DNA of 63,436 bases, counting the filler, from Hyphochytrium catenoides (lineage: Eukaryota; Protista; Hyphochytriomycota), in NCBI GenBank assembly GCA_900088475.1. It is 9 parts of 9 records of this genome, joined end to end, with 100 filler letters (N's around TTAATTAATTAA, not from the genome) between each part and the next. Parts side by side here need not be neighbours in the genome. Positions count along the whole stretch, not along the records: positions 38,395 to 40,673 come from FLMG01000723.1; positions 40,774 to 53,720 come from FLMG01000198.1; 7 more parts are not named here. One strand, 5' to 3'. The notes beneath the pieces are model-generated. The model was not told the DNA's origin, searched no databases, and saw nothing but the letters and a program-made list of their open reading frames with translations. Positions 38,950 through 50,626 of this stretch are shown here, piece after piece. Position 1 is the stretch's first letter, and the number at the start of each line of letters is the position of its first letter. The translations under genes were made by a program, and so were the position numbers.

Positions 38950-39781
38950 GGAACTTCTCCCGGGTACAAAGCAAGAAGAGGAGAGACAAAGGCAGCTGTC
39001 CGAAGATAAACAAGAGAGAGACTTCCTTTCACCTTCATCTTGTTTCTCTCTCTTGCTCTCAGGCTGGCCGCCCAGTTCTCCTCTCGAATATTAGCATAGA
39101 TCTTTTCAATGATGGGGTGGCGGGAGACGTGAGGAACAGCCAAGGGAGAACCCGTCTTTCCTCTCTCTCTCTCTCCCTTTCCTATCATTTGCTGCTCCAG
39201 CGCTTCCTGTGCCTTCTGCGACGCAAGCCACGCCGTCTCTCTCTCTTCTTCGGAGCGATATTTCACGCGCAGATCTTCAATGGTCCAGCTCGTGGGGCCC
39301 TGGTACATAAGAAGGAAGAAACAAAAGGTGAAGAGGCAGCTAAAAAAGAAGGAGAAAGCTACTCCTTCTCGTCGTTTCTCTGCTTATCTCTTTATCACTA
39401 TTCCCTCTTAATGTCTCTCTTTCTTTTTCGCCTCTCTCTGTCATGAGCTCCCTCTCGCTCCCCAGACCTTCTCTCTCTCCTTTCTCTCTTCCTCTACAGT
39501 CTCTTCTCATTTCTCTCTCTCTGTCCCCGTCTCTCTCTCTCTCTCTCTCTCTCTCCACACTTTCACCTCACCTGGAGCTCTTCCAGTCCCTGCTGTGCCA
39601 TCAGCGCGAGCGGCCTGAGTCCCTGGCCACTGACAGCTGTGATGCGGTCCGGGTCCGACCAACAGGAGAGACAGAGCCGTCCGTCACAGGCGTGGTCCGC
39701 TCTGCCGTGGACGTGGCCGTGCTGGATGCCATAGTTTGTACGGGCACCCGCTTTGATCGACTCTATCAGGGCCATAGCTAG

Positions 39782-39817
<36 letters not shown>

Positions 39818-40060
39818 NNNNNNNNNNNNNNNNNNNNNNNNNNNNNNNNNNNNNNNNNNNNNNNNNNNNNNNNNNNNNNNNNGAGAGAGAGAGAGAGAGA
39901 CTCTACCGGACATAGGGGCTAAACCACTCTCCATCCTCCTGCCCCTATCCTCTCTCCTTCATGATGCCTTCTTACCTTCTGCTGGGGTAGCATTCTTGGC
40001 GTCAGAGAGAGACTTGAAGAGCGGAGATTTGAGCAGCTTCGACTGAACCTTGGGATCCAT
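38950..40060 (-). CDS. Exon fragments of an unidentified gene
   Basis: Non-repetitive open stretches ending at GT donors (..NATPAEG|gtaag near 39975; ..GLEELQ|gtgag near 39572; YQGPTSWTIEDLRVKY..HPIIEKIYANIREE), separated by sense-strand CT tracts. Confidence 0.3.
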
Positions 40061-40303
40061 CAGTTGGGCGCCTCTCTCTCTCTCTCTCTCTCGGACTCCC
40101 CCTCCTCCTCTGCTGCCACTGAGAGAAGGGAGGGAACCTATGCCCTCTCCTCTCACTCCTCCGCCCTGCTGGGACGGCGAGCTGGGAGAAGAGAGAGGTG
40201 GGAAGCTTGTAGTTTTACTAGGAGAAGAGACGCCATCGCTGCCAACCTGGGACCACCCAAGAAAGGGAGAGAGAGAAGTTGAGAGATGGAGAGTGTGTGA
40301 GGG

Positions 40304-40353
<50 letters not shown>

Positions 40354-40773
40354 ACTACCTCCTCCCCCACTGACAGAAACTTGAGGCGGAGATAGAGGAA
40401 TAGACGCCCAGCACAGGCGCGATCAAAGATATAAAAGACACGAGAGAGACAAGGAGAGAATAGGGAAGTTGGAGGAGAAAAAGAGAGAGAGAGAGAGAAA
40501 GAAAAGGAGATGAAGGAAAGGAATAGTGAAAGGACCTTGCGGAGGGTAGAGTGGACAGGGAAGAGGGAGAAAAAGAGACATTACCCTTATTGTCATAGAA
40601 GATCCGCTGTAAGTAGCATTCAGCGCTGCTCTACTAAGGTGCGAGGAGGAGGAGGAGGTGCCTCCCTCGTCCGNNNNNNNNNNNNNNNNNNNNNNNNNNN
40701 NNNNNNNNNNNNNNNNNTTAATTAATTAANNNNNNNNNNNNNNNNNNNNNNNNNNNNNNNNNNNNNNNNNNNN

Positions 40774-40923
40774 TGGTGTATGGTGCATACTGGTTAGGGT
40801 GTCGGCATCAAAGACAGAGGTCCTGGGATTAAATCCCGGAGGGTACAAAACTTTTCTCCGGTATATTCAGACATCCCCCAATATTAATTCAAAGTGCTCA
40901 CCATCAAATGATAAAATCTAACA
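40774..40923 (+). mobile_element. 3' part of tRNA-containing LTR (family D), 5' end lost in the linker gap, inserted in a family-A LTR
   Basis: Matches the D LTRs at 47683-47938 and 51199-51444, ends in TCTAACA and is followed directly by family-A LTR sequence. Confidence 0.85.
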
Positions 40924-41044
40924 CGGGTTTATTAGGAATAGTTGGCATAGTCAGAATAGCTCTAGTTTATGGGACCCCAGTTGGGCTTATAAGTCGAGCA
41001 CTCTCATCTAATGACATTGTCCAATCATCCCATCTAATCCAACA
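40924..41044 (+). mobile_element. 3' portion of Copia LTR family A
   Basis: Near-identical to 52833-52954 and ends in TCCAACA. Confidence 0.85.
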
Positions 41045-41279
41045 GCAGTTCCTTCTTTCCTCCATCCGGAACAACCATTATCCCGCATACCGCTTCGCTT
41101 AAGCTGGATAATTGTCCAGTTCCAAGGATGGAGAAGGCTGGAACCTCCTTGATGACTTTGCTGGGGCAAGGAGGCAGGTTACCATTATTACTAGATGGTT
41201 CCGTACTACGCATACCGCACCTGATGGTGATGAGGAGACGGTCCCCCCAAGAGACATGATGAGGACTCAGCATGGGCGT

Positions 41280-42330
41280 CTACTCACCACCAACATCCTC
41301 CCTTCCCAGCGCCTTTCGAGCTATGTCGCAGTTCTTCTTGCGACCTTGCAGCGGATAGTCCTCGAACACATCGGACCTCCAGCGCCCCAGCTTCTTGATT
41401 GCCAAGGAGTCAATTCCGCCTCCGAACATGGCTGTCGCTCCTCCAATTCGTAGTGAATGCGTGGAGAAGTCACTTGCCTTCCGGCCGACCTTTGTGCTTG
41501 CGTCCTTGATGACCTTGGCAAGGTGCCCTCCTGATAGGTATCTGCCTCCCTTTTCTGAGACGCTGATGGCGCACTTGGAAATTGGGGAGTCGGGAAGTGA
41601 ACCCCACAAGTGGTGGACTCGTTTGACCACCTTAGCCGCTTAGACGGGACATAAGACATTGTCGCCTGATCGCTGGAGAAAACGTTCTGCTCCTCTGCCA
41701 ATCTGGTCACTCTTGGCTGAGCGTAGATTGATAGAAACGGTTGTTGCTGCTGCTTCTCCGCACTCGCGTCCGTCGTCATCAAGGAGTCTGAGGTCAGAGA
41801 GTCTAAGATCATGGTCGCTTCCCTTGCATCGGACAACTTCTGACTTTCTGAGGAGGAAGAAAAAGGCCAACAGGATGATACCCCATAGGAGTTGGTCAGC
41901 GGGTTGGCCGCCCCATAACCGGGTGGTGATAGAGGTGAGCATGGCGACCGTAACGGGCTGCCTCTTGCGAATGGGCGGGGAACTTCTGCGGATGCCGGTG
42001 AGGAGATGTCGGAGCTGAGCAGTGAAGGCGACCTCAACCCCGTGGTATTGGCGGTGATACCAGCGGATGGCGGACAACTTATTGATGAATGTTCCGTAAC
42101 AGTTGGCGCGGCCGGCACGGTTGAACCCCATGGTGCGGCAATAGACAAAGAACTGGCTAACGCGAGAAGTGTTCTCTGCGTGAGATCCAAGGAGCCAGGG
42201 TCCGTGGCCAAGGAAGCTACACCAGGCCGTCCACTGGTGCCAAGCGGAAGCATACTTTCGCTGGCTCTGGGTTGCGAGAGCGTTGAGCTGGATATCGTGT
42301 TCCAGAAGCGCCAGAGATCGCGAAATTGCT
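41280..42330 (-). pseudogene. Tyrosine recombinase of the DIRS/Ngaro element, frameshifted near 41640
   Basis: Catalytic set visible: FFLLRKSEV (R), SAKSDQ (K), HSLRIGGAT (HxxR) and GRWRSDVFEDY (W..Y). Confidence 0.88.
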
Positions 42331-42349
42331 CCGGGATGGGAACCCGGGA

Positions 42350-44497
42350 TCAGGTGGAACAGAAGTTAGTAAAGTCAGTCCGGCGATCAGGGCGCGACCA
42401 CACCCGGCTGCCGGCATCTGCGATATCATTGAGATCGCCAGCGATATGCTGGGCGCTACAGAAGAGGCCGTAGCGCACCTCGGCATAGGCCAATAGGCGT
42501 AGAAGAGTCTGGGCTCGAGGGTTGGAAGAGTAGCGTCGCCGATTCCACGACACAGCGGAGGTGTTGTCAAGCCAGAAGTTAATATGCACAAGTGCGCCCG
42601 AAGCTGCCTGGTGCCACGAACCACCCCACAAGAGGACCGCAAAGACGGCGCTCGAGAGTTCACGAACGTTGATGCCCAATGGACCCTTCGAGGACTCACG
42701 GAAGAGAGCAACTTCGTCAGGAGAGAACTGGACCTGTAGGTATTCCTTCGAGTGCGGATTGAGGACGCACAGGCCCTCATCCGAAGCGTCCATGAAGAGG
42801 TGGATATGTGGTCGGGACGACTTGACAAACAACTGGAGTGGAACACGATTCATGTGGCCCAGGAGCAGAACAGTGCGAAACCAGACTAAATCTTGAGATG
42901 CTATAGAAGAGAGCGCAATGCGTCCGTAGCGAGGAGCCACTTTGAGCAGAGAAACAAGACCTTGAAAGAAGGCGGTCGCAGCCGGGAAGCAGATGGCAAC
43001 GTGGCGAAGGCTACCAAGGAGCTTTTGAAGACTGGAGCGAGACACAGCACCCGCCGTAAGGGTGAGCGCGATGCGATCCAGGGCCTTGCTCACCTTATCC
43101 GCAGGCATGGATAGCGACAGGTCCGGGAGGTTCCAGATGAGACCCAAGGACTTGCCTTCCGTGAACCACGTTGTAAACTTTTTGTCGTTTAGTGCTTCCG
43201 GGCCAAGAACGTCCACCATTGCCGTGCAAAGTGCGAGATCACTCTCGTCCAAGCGGAAGCCAACATCCAACTCGACAGAGTTGTGGTCATCACGCCAATA
43301 GAGGGAGGTGAAGGAATTGGCATGCGCTTGTGGTTGGTGCTCCCACTGCGGTGAGGAGGCCGCGTATCGGCCTGCGATGGATTGCGCCGCGAGGTTATAG
43401 AAGCCCGGAGAACCCGTCCATCCGAAGGGGCACGACAAATCGATGACCAGGGCGTTATCTTCTGGCAACACGGCGGCGAACTTGCAGACGTCTTCCGCGG
43501 CGATAGGAATGTGCCTGAATGCACCGGAGACATCACCCGTCATCATCTTGGTGACGTGCGGCTTGGAGGAAAGTTCGACAACACGCCGCGCGATGGCTTG
43601 AGCAGAATCGTAAGAGACTGAAGGTACCTGGGAAGTGTCTGTAAAGTCGTTTACGGAAGCGTTAGCTGGAAACGATAGGTCATGGATGATCCGGCCATCC
43701 TCCGTCAAGGGAACGCCTGGTTTCTCCACTACGCCCAACGGACTGCATATGACCTCAGGCCCGCTGGAGGAGGTCTAAATCGAGCACGAGGTACCTTCCC
43801 TGGTCCTGTCCCTCCCGCACATGGCGACGAACCGTGGCGATATGCTTTCGAGCGGAGTCATGGTTATCTGGTGGTTGCGACTGCGGAGGTATAGCCTGAA
43901 GCCACGGCGGTCGAACCCCGTTAATAACGATGGAGTTCCACAAGGCAGAGGCAGAACCATAAGGGGAAGGGTGTGAACCGAGAATTAAAGTTCTATAGGT
44001 CGTGGATCGTCCTCCGTCTCCCCGCGAACCAGTTTGACTAACGCCACCAAACTACACCCGCTACGTCTGACATACTCAGATGGAACCGTCTTCATTTCGT
44101 GGTCAAGGGGAACGTTGGTCGCTGGAAGAGAAGAACTGGCCAGAGGCGGTAACTGGAGGTCATATTCCGCCAGTGCAACGAAAAACTGGTCCTGGATAGT
44201 GCATCGAGCCTCCGCAAGGCTCTCCTTGCGCGATGTAATATAAGCGTTATGGTCAGCTGTGGCCTCAGTGACGAAGGTGGTGGGATCTGAACACAAGTTG
44301 CTCTCAGCAAGCGGCTTGGACGATGGGCGGGCCTCCGCTGACGTCGGTGGGTTCGCCTCCGCTGACGTCGGTGGGTTCGTCTCGCCTTCCAGAATGGTTG
44401 TACACTTCCGGAGCATTGGTGTGCGGCCCTGTGGCGACAGCAGCACAGGTCGGTGCTTAGCAGGATTGTCCCTCCATTTCCGCACGTTGGCTAGCAA
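42350..44497 (-). pseudogene. DIRS/Ngaro reverse transcriptase-RNase H; frameshifted upstream of 43740, intact frame 43738-42350
   Basis: GRIIHDLSFP, GDVSGAFRHIPI, CPFGWTGSP and YWRDD (YxDD equivalent). RNase H motifs FMDASD, INVRELSS, LDNTSAVSW and HIAGDLNDIADAGSR. Confidence 0.9.
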
Positions 44498-44572
44498 AGA
44501 ATCCTCAAGTCCCGCATCAGGTGGCTCTTTCTTTCGCTTCCCCAGTGGCGTGAAGGGGCCACCGGGGCGCCA

Positions 44573-46015
44573 TCAGTTGCTGGACACTGAGACACTCAAA
44601 TCGCCCATCGCCTTGCGAAGGTGATCCCGGACGACTGCAGGCAGAGAGTCGGGCACAAAGTGAGCTCTACTGGCAGAATAATGGCATCCACCGCCGGCTT
44701 TGTCGGTACACCCTTTGGCTGAGAGATAGCGAAGGCACACGACTTGGTTTCCCTTCCTGGGTAGAGCTCGAAGGACCGCCTCCGGAATAGGAACCACACC
44801 TGGTTTGCCAACGCCTTGGCCGCCACGTGGCGGTGCTGTGGGTGGAACTGCTGCAGGTTGGGTAGAACGTTGGTGACGAAGAGTGATCCTTCGCTCTATC
44901 TCCATGAACGCAGGATCAGCTATTGAAAAGGCCGCAATGGCCTTCTCATTGGAAGAGTGCTCTCCAGTGTGGAGCCTCGAACGCCACCAACCCAGCCGAT
45001 CATTGAGCCAGATGACAAGCTCAACGAGGAACTCGCTCTCAGTCGAACACTCAATGACCTCTAGCCGTTCCAAGAAGGCCAAGGCACCAGTGACCACCTC
45101 CGCTGTTTGTAGGGTCCAAAACTCCTTGGCGAATATCTGGAGTCCTCGAACAGCCCGAATGATCTCCCCTAATGAGCCTGGTGGAGGACATGTAGGGAGC
45201 ACCGCAGAGCGTGCGTAGTCGTTCATGTGCCCTGCTTCGGCAGAGAGCTGACGCTCAAGGGTGAGAGGTCGAAAGTGCAAGACTGACAGCCTCTTAAAGC
45301 CGAAATCAAAGGTATAAGCCGCCATCAGGACCACGGGAAGCGCTAGGAACGTAACAGCCGGGTGGTGGAGCTGGAGGGACTCAAGTAAGGTGTGTGGATC
45401 CTTACCTCGGTGTCGTTCCGCCAGCAGCTTGCTGGCCACCTCTTGTTGCAGCGCACTCGGCCGGAAAAGTCCCTTGTCCTTCACGCCACGCTCGGTGGTG
45501 CTGGAGGCCGCTTGTTGCATCACAACTCGCGCTTCTTGGAGCTCCGCAAGCTTCTCCTTGAGGCCCGACATCTCCACTTGGTGCAGTTCCTGTTGTCGGG
45601 TTATAGTCGCGAGCATCTGCTGCTGGAAGGCTTGTTGCTGACTATTAGCTTGCAAGATCTGCAACAGAATCCCTTGCAAAACGTCTGCTCCGCCCATAAC
45701 TCCTGGTGACGTTGAAGCCATCGGTTGCGGTGACGCTGGTGGTACTGCAGCGCCAGGTGGTGCCGCAGTTAGTGGTGGTGGAGGTGGAGCCGAGGACGAT
45801 GCTGCTGCTTCAGGCATCCGGGCCGATGTTGATGAGATCGATGGAGGGCTGAATACCTCCTCGTCCTCACCAGTGATATCACTTTCATCGTCACTCTTCA
45901 TCACTTCGTCTGCTGAAGCCCCATCATCCTCGACTTCCTCCTGTGCTGCTAATGGTACCTTGGTACCACCCTTCTCAGCCGCCGCTGTTGCCTTCTTTCG
46001 ATTGCCCTTAGCCAT
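44573..46015 (-). CDS. DIRS/Ngaro gag-like ORF1
   Basis: 480-aa ORF with an acidic/Pro-rich N-terminus, a coiled coil and a C-terminal Cys/His knuckle (VCLRYLSAKGC..GCHYSASRAHF), directly upstream of RT. Confidence 0.8.
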   Translation of the reverse strand: MAKGNRKKATAAAEKGGTKVPLAAQEEVEDDGASADEVMKSDDESDITGEDEEVFSPPSISSTSARMPEAAASSSAPPPPPLTAAPPGAAVPPASPQPMASTSPGVMGGADVLQGILLQILQANSQQQAFQQQMLATITRQQELHQVEMSGLKEKLAELQEARVVMQQAASSTTERGVKDKGLFRPSALQQEVASKLLAERHRGKDPHTLLESLQLHHPAVTFLALPVVLMAAYTFDFGFKRLSVLHFRPLTLERQLSAEAGHMNDYARSAVLPTCPPPGSLGEIIRAVRGLQIFAKEFWTLQTAEVVTGALAFLERLEVIECSTESEFLVELVIWLNDRLGWWRSRLHTGEHSSNEKAIAAFSIADPAFMEIERRITLRHQRSTQPAAVPPTAPPRGGQGVGKPGVVPIPEAVLRALPRKGNQVVCLRYLSAKGCTDKAGGGCHYSASRAHFVPDSLPAVVRDHLRKAMGDLSVSVSSN

Positions 46016-46622
46016 CGCCGAAGAGCAGAAGAGAGAAGAGACGCAAAGAGATAATTGACTGCTGCTGTTGTTTGTAATAATGTAGAAGAAGGACTACGTG
46101 TCGCTTCTTAAACCGTCGTCGGTTAAGTTGATGAAGGACAACGTTGTCGCTTCTTCAAGAGTTACAGAAATCTGAACTCCGTTAGCCCACAGTATCAGCG
46201 TTGATGCTGCAGCTTCTCGAGATCTCGGTAACTGCGCTGCTCGTGACGATCTGCTCGCTTTCTCGCTCCTTTCCCGGCCCGAAGGAAGGTTGAGTCTTCT
46301 CTCCGCTGTTCCTTGAGCTGACGCTCTCGCCTTTGCCCTTCCTCTTCTTCACCGTTCCTTCTTCTTCTCTACTACGTTATTACTACTACGTCTGCTAACT
46401 ACTTGCTGCTAAGGTTGACTCACTGTTGGCTTGTTGGATTCACCGTAACTATTACTATTGATAGAACCACACGGAACCTCTGTCCGTCATGATGCCGATG
46501 TTGTGATGAATGATTACAGTGTCTGCTTTGAAGGAGGTGTGGGCAGGGCGGCTCCTTCTTTTCTCCATCCGGAACAACCATTATCCCGCATACCGCTTCG
46601 CTTAAGCTGGATAATTGTCCAT

Positions 46623-46880
46623 TCACCTGATTCCCAACCACACAGTGCTTGACACATCAATAGATGTCGATTTTGGTATCGGTATTTCGCAGACTGTTAT
46701 TATTGTGCTGTTGTTATCTTGATGTGAGACGATGGGTCTACCCAGTGGACACTGAAGCTCCTGTAAGGAATAAGACATGTGTTCTGCATGTTTGGATCCG
46801 GTCAAACATGAGATACACTCTGCTTCAGTGGTCGAGGACGCCACTATGTCTTGCTTCTTAGCCTTCCAACTATTAGCACC
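46623..46880 (-). pseudogene. Copia RNase H remnant, cut off at the DIRS element boundary
   Basis: SWKAKKQDIVASSTTEAEC..QDNNSTI motif. Confidence 0.8.
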
Positions 46881-46929
46881 AGTCCCTAGGTAGCCATAGT
46901 GGGTTTTTTGTCGTTATGACCATTCGCCT

Positions 46930-47584
46930 TGATGAATGTATGGGATTCGGAGACAATTATATTATGAGTTCCTGCTCGGCTTATAAGCCTGATAAGCCTG
47001 AAAGGGTAGTCTCCAGATTGGGGGACCCTATTGGATTTCGGATCCTGAATACTAGTGAGATGTGTTCCTAATAGGGAGTACCTGTTCTCTCTTAGTATTA
47101 AGCCATAGATAACATTAGAGTCCATGTCTTCCTTCAAATCTCTGCTTCTTCTACTTGCAGTTTGGGACTGTAACTTGGACAGTTGGTCTGGTACATCTTA
47201 GTTCTATGAAGTAAGACTCAGATATTCCATACTGTTGAGTGCTACTATGTTCGTTGTCAGTAGTGCAGTAGTCACTCTCTATACACACCTAGCTCTCAGG
47301 GACATAGACGTTACGGGTACACCTGTGTTATGGGAAAGAGGGATGTGAGAAGAATTTCCAGAGGAACACAGGAGCAGCAGAGGAGAGAGAGATGATGAGG
47401 GAAGCTGGGCCGAGCAAAAGATGTCGAGTCCAGACCAGGCTCTCAGGACTGAGTGATCATTCATAGAAATCTCCATCACACATCAATATCAAGTCCCTTT
47501 GTTATCATTGCATCTAGATTGTGCTCATACAGAAGCTTCAGGCATTGCCACCCATCTCTGTAAAATTCATCATATACTTCAACA
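46930..47584 (-). mobile_element. Copia 3' LTR (family C, about 310 bp) preceded by a PPT and interrupted by a family-B solo LTR
   Basis: Minus strand reads GCGGGGAGG|TGTTGAA...CCCATACATTCATCA, with partial similarity to family A. Confidence 0.7.
47233..47572 (+). mobile_element. Solo LTR family B
   Basis: TGTTGAG..TTCATCA, flanked by CATAC/TATAC (5-bp TSD with one mismatch). Homologous to 48280-48630 and 50733-51070. Confidence 0.88.
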
Positions 47585-47682
47585 CCTCCCCGCAGTTCCA
47601 AATGTCTGTAGGTAAGAGAGGTTGAGGGGTTCGATCCTGAGAGAGAGGATGGTCATATGGTAGGTTTGTTGGGTACTATTCC

Positions 47683-47938
47683 TGTTAGATTTTATCATTG
47701 GATGGTGAGCACTTTGAACTAATATTGGGGGGAGTCTGAATATACCGGAGAAAAGTTTTGTACGCTCCGGGATTTGAACCCAGGACCTCTGTCGATGCTG
47801 CCGACACCCTAACCAGTATGCACCATACACCAAACGTACACTTGACTAATCTCCGTTTTTGTTTATATACCAGGGGTTCTTCCCCTCTGCGTCGTCCGCT
47901 GTACACTTTTTGGTTTCAACGTCGATCACAGTTCAACA
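47683..47938 (-). mobile_element. Solo LTR family D (256 bp) containing a tRNA-like gene
   Basis: Minus strand TGTTGAAC..TCTAACA with a perfect 5-bp TSD ATTCC at 47678-47682 and 47939-47943. Confidence 0.92.
47759..47839 (-). ncRNA. 81-nt tRNA-like RNA within LTR D
   Basis: Acceptor stem GTACGTT/AGCGTAC plus discriminator A. T arm CTGGG-TTCAAAT-CCCGG (B box) and an A-box-like D region. TATATAAA about 30 nt upstream and TTTT just downstream. Confidence 0.75.
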
Positions 47939-47944
47939 ATTCCT

Positions 47945-48279
47945 AGCTGAGGGAGTAAGGCTTGGAACAGTGGAATCGGTAGTGCCTTGGTGAGGATATC
48001 AGCAGTAATATCTTGGACGGACAATAGGCAATCCTTAGGACATTGCGGTTGACTTTGTCGCGGATAGCCCAATGTTTGACATCGACGGGATTTGATATTT
48101 GGTCTTGGCATTTGACATATAGTGATGGTGTTTTTGTTGTCTTGGAATGCTTCTCCAGCTCCTACTTGCGGGTAATCGATTTCCCTCGAGGAAAAGGTTA
48201 TGTTCTGCGTGTTTGGATCCTGTCCACAGGGAGATGCACTCAGCTTCTGTTGTCGAAGATGATAAAATGTTTTGATTTT
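47945..48279 (-). pseudogene. Copia RNase H C-terminal remnant
   Basis: SSSTTEAEC, VDVKHWAIRDKV and ADILTKALP motifs across frameshifts. Confidence 0.8.
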
Positions 48280-48630
48280 TGTTGAGTGCTACCAGTGTTC
48301 GTTGTCAGTAGAGTAGTACAGTAGTCACTCTCTATACACACCGAGCTCTCAGGGACATAGACGTTACGGGTAGACCTGTGTTATGGGAAAGAGAGATCTG
48401 AGAAGAAAATTCCTGAAGAACGCTGGAGCAGCAGAGTAGGAGAGAGCGAAGATGAGGGGAAGCTGGGCCGAGCAAAAGATCTTGAGAGCAGACCAGACAT
48501 TCATGACTCAGTCATTCAGAGAAATCTCAATCATAGATCAATATCAAGTCCCTTTGTTATCGTTTCACCTAAATTGTGCTCATACAGAAGCTTCTTCAGG
48601 CATTGCCATCCAGCTCTGTAAAGTTCATCA
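48280..48630 (+). mobile_element. 5' LTR (family B) of a Copia element, followed by PBS GGTTATAGGCCCAC (48631-48644)
   Basis: TG..CA termini. The downstream GGTTATRGGCCC motif is the copia/Ty5-type PBS for the internal initiator tRNA-Met fragment, and gag follows. Confidence 0.88.
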
Positions 48631-48699
48631 GGTTATAGGCCCACACTCGCAGTTGGGCGTGACTGCTTGCTTCTCTTCGTCTCTCTTGAGCTGCTAGAG

Positions 48700-50129
48700 T
48701 GAGTTCATCCGCACAATATCGCTGTTCTACACAGCAAGGACCAGTATCCTATCTGGTCAAGCCGGGTACGAAGTTACCTGGATGAGTTAGACCTACTCGT
48801 TCACATTGAGGATGAGAGTCAGACACTGATGGCCGATGGCAAAACCCGCTCACCAGTAGGGATTTCACAGAGACAAGCAAGAAGAACTGGAAGAAGAATG
48901 ATCGGAAGACGATCAACAAACTGGTTCCCCTAGTTTCTGATGAGTTCCTGTCGCTGCTGGAAGGGCAAGAATGAGCGTACGCGGGATGGCTAAAACTGCA
49001 AGAGCAGATGAATGGAAAGGAAGGGGACAACGTCCTCAGGCGCCTTCAGGAGATCACCAACTCAAGGTTTGATTCTGGAGGCACCAACTCTGAGATCCCA
49101 CCTGTCCACCCTGGAAGAGAGGACAGAGGCTGACGATTTAAGGTTAATGACTCTAAAGAATATCTTCGAAAGGAGAAACAAGAAAGAGAACCAGCAGGAC
49201 ATTAATGAGACAATCCTCATATTTTCTTCAATTCTCCAAAGCCTCTCCGTCCTTTGGCTCGATAGTGAGCCACCTGTACGTCTTAGGGACTTCTTCCTCT
49301 CTGGCTGCAGATGAGGTCATCGACCGTATTATGGCTGATGAACAGAGAGGAGTGTCTAGCTCTGTACACTCTCCGGTTACTCTACCTTCTTCGGAGAGGA
49401 ATGCTCTCTCTGCCCCAGGGGAAAGGAAAAGAGAAGATCCCCCAGATCAGCGAAGACAGGAGGAGAAACCTGCGCGTGGCAGCAGGCAGTGCGGCATCTG
49501 CCGGAAAAAGGGACATAACAGCGCAGACTTTGAGAGCTTTCAGAAAACGCTGCTCGCAGGCCAGCTGGCTGGAAGTCTCGCCGCGTCCACTTGCAAGCTG
49601 CCGTTGGTACAGGAGCCCAGTAAAAGCAACACGGCAACTTTGTGCACTCTTAGCTGCTCTCCTATCCTCCACTTCTTCTCCCTAGCTTCTATCCAGCAGG
49701 CTGCAGCGAAGGCAAAAGCCGTCCAGAGCAGCCACAAATGGCTGCTAGACAGCGGATGCTCCAGTCACATTACTGGAGATCGATCACTCTTTCTCTCTTT
49801 CACTCCTATTGACCCTCTTCCCCTCTTTACCGCTGACAACCAGCCAGTTTTTGCCTCGAGTCACATTACTGAAGATCGATCACTCTTTCTCTCCTATTGA
49901 CCCTCTTCCTCTCTTTACCGCTGACAACCGGCCAGTTTCTGCCGAGGAAAGAGAAGCATAATACTTATCCCAGCTGCCAGTGGAGCTACCACTCCTCTCT
50001 ACCTGCCGAATGTGCTTTATGCGCCAGGCTTTCCGAAGCATCTTCTCTCTATTGGTGGACAAGGCATCCAAGACTCCTCTAGTGAAGCAGTGTTATTTAC
50101 CTCAATTGTAGCTTACTCTCAGTCCTTCA
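48700..50129 (+). pseudogene. Degenerate Copia gag-protease
   Basis: Gag-like WKKNDRK..WLKLQE, zinc knuckle CGICRKKGH, protease WLLDSGCSSHITG and LYAPGFPKHLLSIG. Contains stops, frameshifts and an internal duplication of about 90 bp (49763-49938). Confidence 0.85.
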
Positions 50130-50445
50130 TGTTCGAGTCACAGCTATGTGGCTTACAAGCTGGCAAGCTTAACTACCAAAGTTTCAGCTCCAAACTCCCA
50201 GTAGAAGCCGAGATAGAAGTATAGGAAATGTCCCTGTTTATATCTATGACTTATGGTGAGTACCCCAGGATACCTCCAGGACTGACTATTCTAGACAGGG
50301 ATATCCCTATAACTCCATATCCTAGACTATATTAGGAATAGTTGGCATAGTCAGAATAGCTCTAGTTTATGGGACCCCAGTTGGGCTTATAAGTCGAGCA
50401 CTCTCATCTAATGACATTGTCCAATCATCCCATACAAATCCAACA
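50130..50445 (+). mobile_element. Solo LTR family A
   Basis: TGTTCGAGTC..TCCAACA with perfect TSD CTTCA (50125-50129 and 50446-50450). Confidence 0.9.
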
Positions 50446-50626
50446 CTTCATTGGTCAAGGACATGCAAGTTAACCTCACAAGAACAAGTGAGACGTATGG
50501 GTTTGACCAATGGAACAGTTTAGTACTCCTCGGACACTGCCGATGCACGGGGACAAAGTGACTCTTCTCCTTCAAGACTAGCCGCAGCTACGAGCAAGCA
50601 AGAGCCTATCACCCTGTGGCACAAAT

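Larger units (their letters stand above)
41048..46621 (-). mobile_element. DIRS/Ngaro-type tyrosine-recombinase retrotransposon, mildly degenerate
   Basis: Order gag-like, RT/RNase H, YR on the minus strand, bounded by an approximately 70-bp direct repeat (41048-41118 and 46551-46621: ..CTCCATCCGGAACAACCATTATCCCGCATACCGCTTCGCTTAAGCTGGATAATTGTCCA). Confidence 0.9.

Noticed and set aside
42006-46058. Plus-strand ORFs overlapping the DIRS element
   Set aside because: Antisense shadows of GC-rich coding sequence with no motifs.
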